A DNA stretch of 64,000 nt, from positions 24,914 through 88,913 of the forward strand of contig JACNHV010000358.1 in assembly GCA_014383445.1 (NCBI GenBank), in the 5' to 3' direction. The DNA is from Candidatus Desulfobacula maris. GTDB taxonomy: Bacteria > Desulfobacterota > Desulfobacteria > Desulfobacterales > Desulfobacteraceae. Position 1 is the first letter of the stretch. Every line of letters starts with the position of its first letter. Position numbers and translations under genes: made by a program. A model generated the notes under the pieces. It had not been told where the DNA came from. It saw only the letters and a program-made list of their open reading frames with translations, and did not search any database. Positions 26,684 through 33,479 of the stretch are shown here, piece by piece.

Positions 26684-28606
26684 TTATGAAACCTTTTGGG
26701 CTTCGGTTTCTAAAACGGTTAATCCCTTATCTTTTGACACAAACAGGCTGATCACCTGTGAATTGATAGGTATAACTTCATTGACTGATTCTCGGTTGTC
26801 CACAAACACTGGACATGAAAACCCATAATACTCGGAAAGGGTGTTGACGATATCGAGCCCTACGTTGACCCTGGCAGCCGAATTTAATCCGTGATCAAAT
26901 TTCACACCATCATAAGAAATATGACAACATTCGTTTATGCCTGAATTTATTTGAGTTTCAAACAAGATGAACTTGGCAAGCCTGAACCTGGAATTAATCT
27001 TTCCTTCCAGCATGCCAACTTTCCGAATGATAAACTGATCGATCAAAAACAATTCAGATTCAAGCCGTTCAAATTCTGCTGCAAGTTCTCTTTCGCTGGC
27101 TGTCAGTTCTTCAATCCGGATTCTTGATTTCTCGGCAGACTTCCATTCTGCCGCTGTTAAATTCCAGGCATCAAGTGATCCTTTGATCTCGTTTATTTTC
27201 TCCTGAACCGTTCCTTCCTGGATGGTTGACCCGTTCATGAGCGCCTTGATTTCGGTTTCCAGGATGTCCTTTTCTTGGTCCATATTATCCAGGCATAGCG
27301 GGATATAAACCTGTTCAAGTTCTTTCTTTCTGGCTGTCAGGGTTTCTTCAATGGATTTGAGGGCCGTTGTCTTTGTTTTGATCGATGCTTCTGCATTGTT
27401 GATATCGGTTTCAAGGGTTTGGATGAGCGCCTTAAGCCCGGTGCCCTCTTTTGTGATGCCTTCCAGCCTGTCGGACTTTGCCTTGTTGAATGATTCGATT
27501 GCAGCCTGGATTTGATCAGCCGGTAAATGCTGACCGCAGGTCGGGCAATGGTCGTCACCCTTGAGTTGTTTTTTATCTTCTGTGTACCATCTGTCTCTAA
27601 TGCCCTGGATTGCTTCTGAACTGATTTCAAGGCGTTTTCCATACCTTAAATTTGATTCTTCCAGGTCAAGGATGCCCGTCTTGATTTCCCTGCACTCGGC
27701 TTCTAATTTATCAATGACAACCTGCATGGGCTTCCTGGCTTCGGTCTGTTTTTTGTTCGCCTCATTGTTTGCTTTCATGACAGCAGAATCGATCTCATTT
27801 AACCTGACCCGCTTTGCGCTCAATGCCTCGTTTGACATAAGGGCTCTGAGTTTTTCCTGGGCTTCTTCCAGGGCAGCATCCAGCCGGGTCTTTTCTCTCT
27901 GGTCCGGGATGGTTGCGTTTTTGACTACTTCCTGATTTTCTGCAATCCTGACAGGGATCTGCTCAAGTTCTTTGTTGATCTTCGCCTGTTTCGCCTTGGT
28001 CTTTTTTTTGTGATTATCAATGGATGTTTCCCCCAGGATATCGGCAAGCCTGGCCAGTTTTTTATCTGAATCAATTACGTCCTGGTCTGTAACATCACCA
28101 CACATTTCAAGAAGGATTTGCCGGCGGCCGGTCCAGTGGAGAAGTGAGAATTCAAACGGATTTGCTACCAGCTTGAAAGTGTTAATATCGATTATTTCTG
28201 CAATCTTGATATCATAATCTTTTTTCGATACCGGGACCTCATCAATGAAATATGATGTTTCATGTCCTGTGAACTCCGAAACCGCCGTGCCACGTTTTTT
28301 TGTGTACTTTTCCTGATACCGTTTCATGAGGGTAACGGTCTTGCCATCATGGTCCAGGATGCCTTCAACCTCTGTTTCAAGGTTGTGGACTTCCTGTCCG
28401 GATTGATCCACCGGTTTTAATTGAAAATCTGATTTGCCCTGGCTGTCTTTTCCAAACAGTAACCAGAAAAAACCGTCGACGAGTGTTGTTTTGCCCGTTG
28501 CATTGTCACCAAAGACAGAAAAATTTTTGCCGCACGGCTCAAGGGTAAAATCTTTGATTCCCTTGAAATTTTTATACCGAAATTTGTTAATTGTTAATTC
28601 GTCCAT
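26684..28606 (-). CDS. Rad50/SbcC-like AAA ATPase with coiled coil and CxxC hook
   Basis: 640 aa. Walker A is GDNATGKTT near the N-terminus. A long coiled coil is interrupted by DDHCPTCGQ (nt ~27531-27557). The C-terminal part resembles the ABC-type signature / D-loop region. Confidence 0.7.
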   Translation of the reverse strand: MDELTINKFRYKNFKGIKDFTLEPCGKNFSVFGDNATGKTTLVDGFFWLLFGKDSQGKSDFQLKPVDQSGQEVHNLETEVEGILDHDGKTVTLMKRYQEKYTKKRGTAVSEFTGHETSYFIDEVPVSKKDYDIKIAEIIDINTFKLVANPFEFSLLHWTGRRQILLEMCGDVTDQDVIDSDKKLARLADILGETSIDNHKKKTKAKQAKINKELEQIPVRIAENQEVVKNATIPDQREKTRLDAALEEAQEKLRALMSNEALSAKRVRLNEIDSAVMKANNEANKKQTEARKPMQVVIDKLEAECREIKTGILDLEESNLRYGKRLEISSEAIQGIRDRWYTEDKKQLKGDDHCPTCGQHLPADQIQAAIESFNKAKSDRLEGITKEGTGLKALIQTLETDINNAEASIKTKTTALKSIEETLTARKKELEQVYIPLCLDNMDQEKDILETEIKALMNGSTIQEGTVQEKINEIKGSLDAWNLTAAEWKSAEKSRIRIEELTASERELAAEFERLESELFLIDQFIIRKVGMLEGKINSRFRLAKFILFETQINSGINECCHISYDGVKFDHGLNSAARVNVGLDIVNTLSEYYGFSCPVFVDNRESVNEVIPINSQVISLFVSKDKGLTVLETEAQKVS

Positions 28607-28784
28607 CCTCTCCCCTCCTTTTCCTGTTCAAAAGCCAATAGAAACCAACCCCGCCTATGAACAGGCTTATCCCTAAAATATTAACGAAATAAAAAACATT
28701 GATATCTTCACTATCCTGACCCATCATTGAGAGCCCGATTAATGCAATGAATACCAAAATTCCAGTGATTACCTTTTTCATCAT
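28587..28784 (-). CDS. Small two-TM membrane protein
   Basis: Preferred start is MMKKVITG, preceded by an AAAGGAGA RBS. The longer ORF reaching 28832 covers a non-coding repeat. There are two hydrophobic spans. Confidence 0.5.
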   Translation of the reverse strand: MMKKVITGILVFIALIGLSMMGQDSEDINVFYFVNILGISLFIGGVGFYWLLNRKRRGEDGRINN

Positions 28785-28804
28785 TCTCCTTTGTGGGTGG
28801 TTGA

Positions 28805-28830
28805 AACATCTTCCAGGATTCCCAACCCCC
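28805..28830 (+). repeat. Copy A of a 26-nt direct repeat (AACATCTTCCAGGATTCCCAACC[C/T]CC)
   Basis: The 23-nt perfect core is identical to 30942-30964. It lies between the CII-like gene and the recombination genes. Confidence 0.9.
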
Positions 28831-28922
28831 ACTTTTAAAATGATATCCCCAAAGCCCGATGCCCTGGGGTGTGTTTGTATTCTAATAGCCGAATGGGTGA
28901 TCTGACATTCTTCTCCTTTTTG

Positions 28923-29177
28923 TTATGGTTGATTTTTACTTTCCTCAATGAACAGCTCGCTCATTATTTTCAAAGCTGTTTTGAGTTTGGCTTCTTTGTC
29001 TGCCGGGGCAATGATCAACCCCGATATTTTTATGAGTTTTTCAATATGTTCAATTTTAAAACCTGCTTCACCGGATCTAAACTTTGTGATTTCAGATGGG
29101 GATTTCCCTATTTCAATGGCCAAGGCCTTTGAACTGCCACACTTTGATAGTGCCTTGTCTAAAACCAAATCAAACAT
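28923..29177 (-). CDS. Lambda CII-like HTH regulator
   Basis: 84 aa. The CGSSKALAIEIGKSPSEITKFRSGEAG segment aligns by eye with the lambda CII HTH (LGTEKTAEAVGVDKSQISRWKRDW). The gene lies downstream of the Cro-like gene. Confidence 0.5.
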   Translation of the reverse strand: MFDLVLDKALSKCGSSKALAIEIGKSPSEITKFRSGEAGFKIEHIEKLIKISGLIIAPADKEAKLKTALKIMSELFIEESKNQP

Positions 29178-29309
29178 GGAAATCCTTGGAAATTTATATT
29201 GCTTGGAATTGCGTCCTGTTTAGACAATACTCTGACTATAGAGCGATACCAAAGGGTCTCGATAAGGTTCCGATAGGGAAATGTTTCACATAAATTTATT
29301 GACTTATAA

Positions 29310-29519
29310 TTGACAAACAACGTTTTTTTGTTTAACCAACGTGATACGTTTAAAAAAAAGGCACATGGAAAAACCAAGACGGGCACTATTAGATTCCAGT
29401 GCACGGAAGAGTTGAAAGAATCACTTAAAAAAATTGCACTGGAAGGAGAAAAATATCTTACACAACCAATTGTCTTTTTTTTTAAACAATGCATAAAAAA
29501 TTATTCACCTGGAGGTTGA
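29310..29519 (+). CDS. Possible ribbon-helix-helix protein, antisense to the early operon (start uncertain)
   Basis: The TIRFQCTEELKESLKKIALEGEKYL segment looks like an RHH strand-helix unit. There is no in-frame ATG (TTG starts only). It sits in a 323-nt gap between two minus-strand genes. Confidence 0.3.
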   Translation: MTNNVFLFNQRDTFKKKAHGKTKTGTIRFQCTEELKESLKKIALEGEKYLTQPIVFFFKQCIKNYSPGG

Positions 29520-29716
29520 TTGTTGTTTTTGATACCAGCTTTGATTTGATCTGGAGTACCTTCTAACCAAAGGACGGGATCTGTGTTTGTTGCTTTTGCA
29601 AGTTTTTTTGCTGTTTTCCAAGATGGTTTTAAAGGGTCGGTTTTTGATAATACGCGACTTATAAAGCCTGTGGAAACCCCGACTAGTTTTGCTATTTCTA
29701 CTTGTTTAATAATCAT
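29501..29716 (-). CDS. Cro-like HTH regulator
   Basis: Preferred start is MIIKQVEIAKLVGVSTGFISRVLSK (ATG at 29716), just downstream of a TTGACA-16-TAAAGT promoter. The track ORF extends to 29758. Confidence 0.6.
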   Translation of the reverse strand: MIIKQVEIAKLVGVSTGFISRVLSKTDPLKPSWKTAKKLAKATNTDPVLWLEGTPDQIKAGIKNNNQPPGE

Positions 29717-29726
29717 AATGGCAAAT

Positions 29727-29754
29727 ACTTTACAGTATGTAAAGTTTGTGTCAA
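29727..29754 (-). promoter_or_regulatory. PR-like promoter (-35 TTGACA, 16-nt spacer, -10 TAAAGT) overlapped by a 17-bp palindromic operator
   Basis: The -35 is at 29754-29749 and the -10 at 29732-29727. The palindrome CTTTACA-GTA-TGTAAAG is at 29728-29744. Confidence 0.5.
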
Positions 29755-29821
29755 GCAAAAATACGCTATTTGTAATATTTTTTTCCTTTTTATAAACTTT
29801 TATTTGATGTAAATAAATTCT

Positions 29822-30385
29822 ATGAGTTTTGAAAATACATACAAATATTTTATAACGGCCTTAAATGAATGGATTAATCATACTGGTCATGGCCATAAAA
29901 AAATCCTATCAAATGGGTGTGGATGCGGCCAAAGCTACATTACCCAACTCTTAACGCCAAAACGTAACAAACCAATCCCTTTTGAATGGCAAGTCAAAAT
30001 AGCCGAAACTTGCGATATGCCATATATTGAATTTCTCCAACATGGTAAGAATCTTCTTGAAGGAAAATCAAAAAAACAAATCAACTCTCCCGAATCAAAT
30101 GAAACCAACCGGGAGAACAATAAAGAAATGGACGAAACAGTAAAAATGTTGCTTCTGCAGAATCAAGAATTAATTAATGATCTGAAGCAGGATAAAGCAG
30201 GATTAAAGCAAGAAAAGGCCGAGTTAAACGATAAGATTGCAAAGCTGGAAGATAAAATCGACCGTCTGCGTGAAAAATACGATAACCGGGTAAAAGAATT
30301 GGGGGAAGCATACCAGGCCTTGAAAAATATCGAAGAGCGACAGACTCAAGACCTGGAAACCAACAAACCTGTTGCGAACGGATAG
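29822..30385 (+). CDS. CI-like repressor candidate (N-terminal HTH plus C-terminal coiled coil)
   Basis: 187 aa, divergent from the Cro-like gene across a 63-105 bp switch region. Contains an HTH-like KKILSNGCGCGQSYITQLL segment and a heptad-rich C-terminus. No S24 peptidase domain is visible. Confidence 0.5.
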   Translation: MSFENTYKYFITALNEWINHTGHGHKKILSNGCGCGQSYITQLLTPKRNKPIPFEWQVKIAETCDMPYIEFLQHGKNLLEGKSKKQINSPESNETNRENNKEMDETVKMLLLQNQELINDLKQDKAGLKQEKAELNDKIAKLEDKIDRLREKYDNRVKELGEAYQALKNIEERQTQDLETNKPVANG

Positions 30386-30483
30386 ACCAGACAAAATTCA
30401 GGCCTCAAGCAATTGTAAGCATCAACTCACTCAAAAATAAAAAGGAATTTAGGAACGAAAAAATTTTTCAGATACGGATAGAC

Positions 30484-30882
30484 TTGAAGGGGACTATTTT
30501 GGGTTTCAAAGGCCTAAAAAAAGAGGGCATTGAACCTTTGGGGCAAAATATTTATAATTTAATCGATCCTCGGGATCTGTACAGATTTCGGTATATTTCT
30601 AAATCTCTGGAATTTGGCACTGAACTGGAGACAAAATACAGAATATCCATATATAAAAAAATACGGCATTTCAAGGCATGCGTATCGCAAGAGGAAGATA
30701 TCATCACCTTTCGAGAGGAAGAAATAAATCAAAAAGAGTGGCAGCTTTTTGAAGAAAAGCTCATTTCCCCGTTTGAAAAAATCAACAGCATGACCAAAGA
30801 ACCGCAGTTCCCAAAAATGTTTGGCGAGACTGATAGCCCTGATTGCCAACGGCATCATATACCCATTGACGATGCGCTGTAA
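30484..30882 (+). CDS. Hypothetical protein (immunity-region accessory gene)
   Basis: 132-aa ORF with normal composition, co-oriented with the CI-like gene. The antisense ORFs are Phe-rich and were rejected. Confidence 0.45.
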   Translation: MKGTILGFKGLKKEGIEPLGQNIYNLIDPRDLYRFRYISKSLEFGTELETKYRISIYKKIRHFKACVSQEEDIITFREEEINQKEWQLFEEKLISPFEKINSMTKEPQFPKMFGETDSPDCQRHHIPIDDAL

Positions 30883-30941
30883 AAAGACATGAAAAAAAAA
30901 CATTTGACAACCTGATTATTTTTTGAAACGATAACAGCCGG

Positions 30942-30967
30942 AACATCTTCCAGGATTCCCAACCTCC
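30942..30967 (+). repeat. Copy B of the 26-nt direct repeat
   Basis: Same orientation as copy A, ~200 nt upstream of the xis-like/int genes. Its 3' end (CCTCCC) can pair with GGGAGG at 30977-30982. Confidence 0.9.
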
Positions 30968-31003
30968 CAAACTATCGGGAGGCGAGAATGAAAGACAATT
31001 TAA

Positions 31004-31039
31004 AAAACCGAAATAAGTGTAATAGCTTAATTCGGTTTT
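31004..31039 (+). terminator. Hairpin AAAACCGAA-N18-TTCGGTTTT downstream of the repressor operon
   Basis: 9-bp stem read directly from the sequence. The T-run forms part of the 3' arm. The loop is large, so confidence is modest. Confidence 0.35.
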
Positions 31040-31163
31040 GTGCGTCTGGCCTCCTGCGTCTGAATCCGAAAAGATTGATTTTTATCAATACAATGGCAAG
31101 TTCAGTTTCTTTAATGTCCCATGGCCCCTCTTACAAAAAAAGTATGAGGCCGGGAGATAAAAC

Positions 31164-31646
31164 TTGATCCAGGCCGAACAACATATTGTTGACATGCAAG
31201 GGCTTTCCGAAGTATTAAATTGTTCTGTCCACACCCTGTATAAAAACTGGAAACAATTCCCCCATGTTTTTATAGGTACAGGCAGAAATGCAAGCTCGGC
31301 AAGGTTTATCATCAACGACGTGTTGAGCTTTTTAACAAATAGGGATTATACAAAAGAACAAAACAATGCCATTTCCAGACAAAAAAAGAGAGTGCTGGGC
31401 GGGGGAAGTCAAAAGAATAGTTCAAGGAGAAGACTTCACACGATTGCTGGACCTGCCACTTTGGAAGTCGCATGGCAAGAAAGGAACGACATTCAAATAC
31501 CGGAAGGTAAAAACCGGTTTCAAACTCAAAAGAGATGCGATAACCTGGGAGAAAGAACATTGGGAAAAAATTTTTGCAACCCAAGTCAACCCGGAGATCC
31601 TTTCAACCTTCTCAAACATATCAGGCCAATATCTCAAACAAGTTAA
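31164..31646 (+). CDS. xis: Excisionase/AlpA-like HTH protein (only the first ~70 aa look domain-like)
   Basis: The N-terminus (MQGLSEVLNCSVHTLYKNWKQFPHVFIGTGRNASSARFIINDVLSFL) is typical of MerR/excisionase-type HTH proteins. The ORF tail overlaps int by 281 nt in another frame. Confidence 0.5.
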   Translation: MIQAEQHIVDMQGLSEVLNCSVHTLYKNWKQFPHVFIGTGRNASSARFIINDVLSFLTNRDYTKEQNNAISRQKKRVLGGGSQKNSSRRRLHTIAGPATLEVAWQERNDIQIPEGKNRFQTQKRCDNLGERTLGKNFCNPSQPGDPFNLLKHIRPISQTS

Positions 31647-32559
31647 AACCCGGTCAACTGGTATCAACACACTCCGATATAAACAAAAATTAATCCAGGA
31701 TATTATAGGTTTTTGGGGGAAGGATATTACCTTGCCAGTTGAAACCATCCATATTGAAAACTTTTTAGATCATCTCTTTGAAATGCAAGGAGGCAAAAAG
31801 GCAAATCGGAGCTTACGAGAATTAAGTACCCTGTTCAATTGGATGTTTAACCGAAAATTTATTAAAACTAATCCAACCACACCCATTGAGAAATATTCAG
31901 AGGACCCGTTCAAAAAATATGTCCCACCTGAAAAAGATATTATAAGGGTAATTCAAGTTGCAAATGCTTTTGAAAAAGATATTATCAGGACTGCATACCA
32001 CTCATTAGCAAGAGCAAGCGAATTAAGAAGGCTAAAAATATCTGATTGTGATTTTACAAATGGCAAGGTCTGGTTTTACACACGAAAACGTCAAGGCGGT
32101 TCTCTGGAAGGTGATAAAATAGATATAAACAAATCTTTAAAGGAAATTTTAAACCGACGATGCAAACTGGTTGATAGCGAGTATGTCTTTCCGGGACCAG
32201 ATGGAACCCGGCTTAAAAAAAATAGTCTCGATAAAATAATGCCTCGGCTTTGCCACAAGATCAACTTTGACAGCAATAATAAACCAAAGCCCAGGAAAGA
32301 ACAAATCAAACCGTTTGGCTTGCATTCAATCCGTCACCATGTAGCAGCTAACCTTTTTATGAATTATAATTATTCTGTTGGTGAAATCCAGAAAATTTTA
32401 AGACACAAAAGAGCATCCACTACAGACGCATATTTAAAATCAATTGTTGATATGGATATTGAACGAGGTCTGGACGCTCTGGATGATTTTGAAACCGATA
32501 AAAGAGAGCCGGCCACTCCTGAAAAGATTGTCCGGTACCCGGATCATGAACAAATTTAG
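31366..32559 (+). CDS. int: Tyrosine recombinase / phage integrase
   Basis: 397 aa with an arm-binding-like N-terminus. Catalytic-domain motifs include ARASELRRL, HSIRHHVA and RHKRASTTDAYLK (R...HxxR...Y). Confidence 0.9.
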   Translation: MPFPDKKRECWAGEVKRIVQGEDFTRLLDLPLWKSHGKKGTTFKYRKVKTGFKLKRDAITWEKEHWEKIFATQVNPEILSTFSNISGQYLKQVKTRSTGINTLRYKQKLIQDIIGFWGKDITLPVETIHIENFLDHLFEMQGGKKANRSLRELSTLFNWMFNRKFIKTNPTTPIEKYSEDPFKKYVPPEKDIIRVIQVANAFEKDIIRTAYHSLARASELRRLKISDCDFTNGKVWFYTRKRQGGSLEGDKIDINKSLKEILNRRCKLVDSEYVFPGPDGTRLKKNSLDKIMPRLCHKINFDSNNKPKPRKEQIKPFGLHSIRHHVAANLFMNYNYSVGEIQKILRHKRASTTDAYLKSIVDMDIERGLDALDDFETDKREPATPEKIVRYPDHEQI

Positions 32560-32578
32560 TCTGTACTTTAGTCTGTAC
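32555..32578 (+). repeat. Tandem 12-bp direct repeat (TTTAGTCTGTAC x2) overlapping the int stop codon
   Basis: Read directly from the sequence. It lies in the P arm between int and the core site, so these are candidate arm-type integrase binding sites. Confidence 0.6.
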
Positions 32579-32702
32579 TTTTATTTAAAAACAATACCAA
32601 AACAGATTAATATATATGAAGCCATATTTACACAAACCCAATAATACCAAAGCTTTTAATGGTTTAGCAAGGAAGCCTGAAGAACCGCATAAAATCGTTT
32701 TT

Positions 32703-32767
32703 CCCGCCTGCTAAGCGAGTAGAGGTGTTGTTATCTCTCCAGAGTTCGAATCTCTGTTTCTCCGCCA
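32703..32767 (+). other. attR: 3' portion of tRNA-Ser(GCU), from the anticodon stem to CCA; the 5' half is absent
   Basis: Anticodon loop CTGCTAA (GCT), a long variable region, T-arm CAGAG-TTCGAAT-CTCTG, acceptor 3' strand TTTCTCC, discriminator G, then CCA. No matching GGAGAAA strand or D-arm is present upstream. Confidence 0.6.
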
Positions 32768-32781
32768 GTAACAACAATCTT

Positions 32782-32820
32782 AGGAATTAAAAGCTGTGGC
32801 TTTTAATTCCTTTTTGTTTT
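32782..32820 (+). terminator. Rho-independent terminator (native terminator of the tRNA-Ser gene)
   Basis: 13-bp perfect stem AGGAATTAAAAGC-TGTG-GCTTTTAATTCCT followed by TTTTGTTTT. Confidence 0.8.
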
Positions 32821-32855
32821 GCTTTCATAACGAATCCTGTAAAAGTTAATGACCA

Positions 32856-33476
32856 TTATTTATCACTGATCAGATTCTTGCCTATTTTGTATGCTTTTAA
32901 ATTTATGGCAACCTTGTCGGCTGGAATTTTTTTTAAAATTACTTGTTCAAACACCTTTAAAGACATGGGAAGATCACCCGTTGATGAAAGTGCGCCTACA
33001 GCCATAATATTTCCAAAAACCGGATTCCCGAGATTCAGTGCCTCCTTTGTGGTATCAAAGAACTTTGCATCTTCTGAGAGTGACTCAAACCACTGGACAA
33101 TCTGTTTTTTTTCAGGATAAATCTGCTCCCCGCAAATAACACCCACAGACTGGATAGGCCTGGTATTGCACAGCACATGGACTTCAGGATTTCCATAGGC
33201 GGCCAGCACTCGGATTGCTTCCATGGGCTCCAGTGCCACCACCATATGCGCCGTTCCCTTTGGCATCTGAGGAGAAAATCCGCCCCTGTTAGAGATTCTC
33301 AAATGGCTCATCACAGATCCCCCCCTCTGGGAAGCACCAAAGGTCTCTCCGATGGTAACCTTATATCCCTGATAAATCATCATATCCCCTATAACACGGG
33401 AAGCCAGAACATTACCCTGGCCCCCGACACCGGAAATTATCAAATTATATGGATCACAACGCAATGTATTTTCCAT
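32856..33476 (-). CDS. iorB: Indolepyruvate:ferredoxin oxidoreductase subunit beta
   Basis: 206 aa with the ISGVGGQGNVLASRVIG motif. It lies directly downstream of iorA. Confidence 0.8.
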   Translation of the reverse strand: MENTLRCDPYNLIISGVGGQGNVLASRVIGDMMIYQGYKVTIGETFGASQRGGSVMSHLRISNRGGFSPQMPKGTAHMVVALEPMEAIRVLAAYGNPEVHVLCNTRPIQSVGVICGEQIYPEKKQIVQWFESLSEDAKFFDTTKEALNLGNPVFGNIMAVGALSSTGDLPMSLKVFEQVILKKIPADKVAINLKAYKIGKNLISDK

Positions 33477-33479
33477 GGA

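Larger units (their letters stand above)
1..32767. mobile_element. Integrated tailed prophage (right-hand >=32.7 kb; the left end lies outside the window)
   Basis: Co-oriented late operon with start/stop overlaps (TerS, TerL, portal, scaffold, capsid, tail genes). Early module with CI/Cro/CII-like regulators, RecT and RusA. Tyrosine integrase at 31366-32559 is followed by a tRNA-Ser 3' fragment and then host genes. Confidence 0.9.

Noticed and set aside
28785-28832. An N-terminal extension MGVGNPGRCFNHPQRR of the small membrane protein, and the analogous MGGWESWKMF start of ORF 30782-30970.
   Set aside because: Both arise from the 26-nt non-coding direct repeat read in different frames. A strong RBS precedes the internal MMKKV start.
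30559-30970. Minus-strand ORFs of 114 aa and 62 aa antisense to 30484-30882.
   Set aside because: Their Phe/Leu-rich composition is typical of the antisense of a Lys/Glu-rich gene, and no RBS is present.
32671-32767. A complete tRNA-Ser gene.
   Set aside because: The required 5' acceptor strand (GGAGAAA) and a D-arm are absent. The best upstream candidate, GGAAGCC, pairs at only 4 of 7 positions. It is treated as a 3' fragment (attR).
1-32767. A diversity-generating retroelement, retron or toxin-antitoxin pair associated with the tail fiber paralogs or the GNAT.
   Set aside because: There is no reverse-transcriptase-like ORF, no template/variable repeat pair between the tail genes at the DNA level that I could see, and no RHH or antitoxin gene adjacent to the GNAT.
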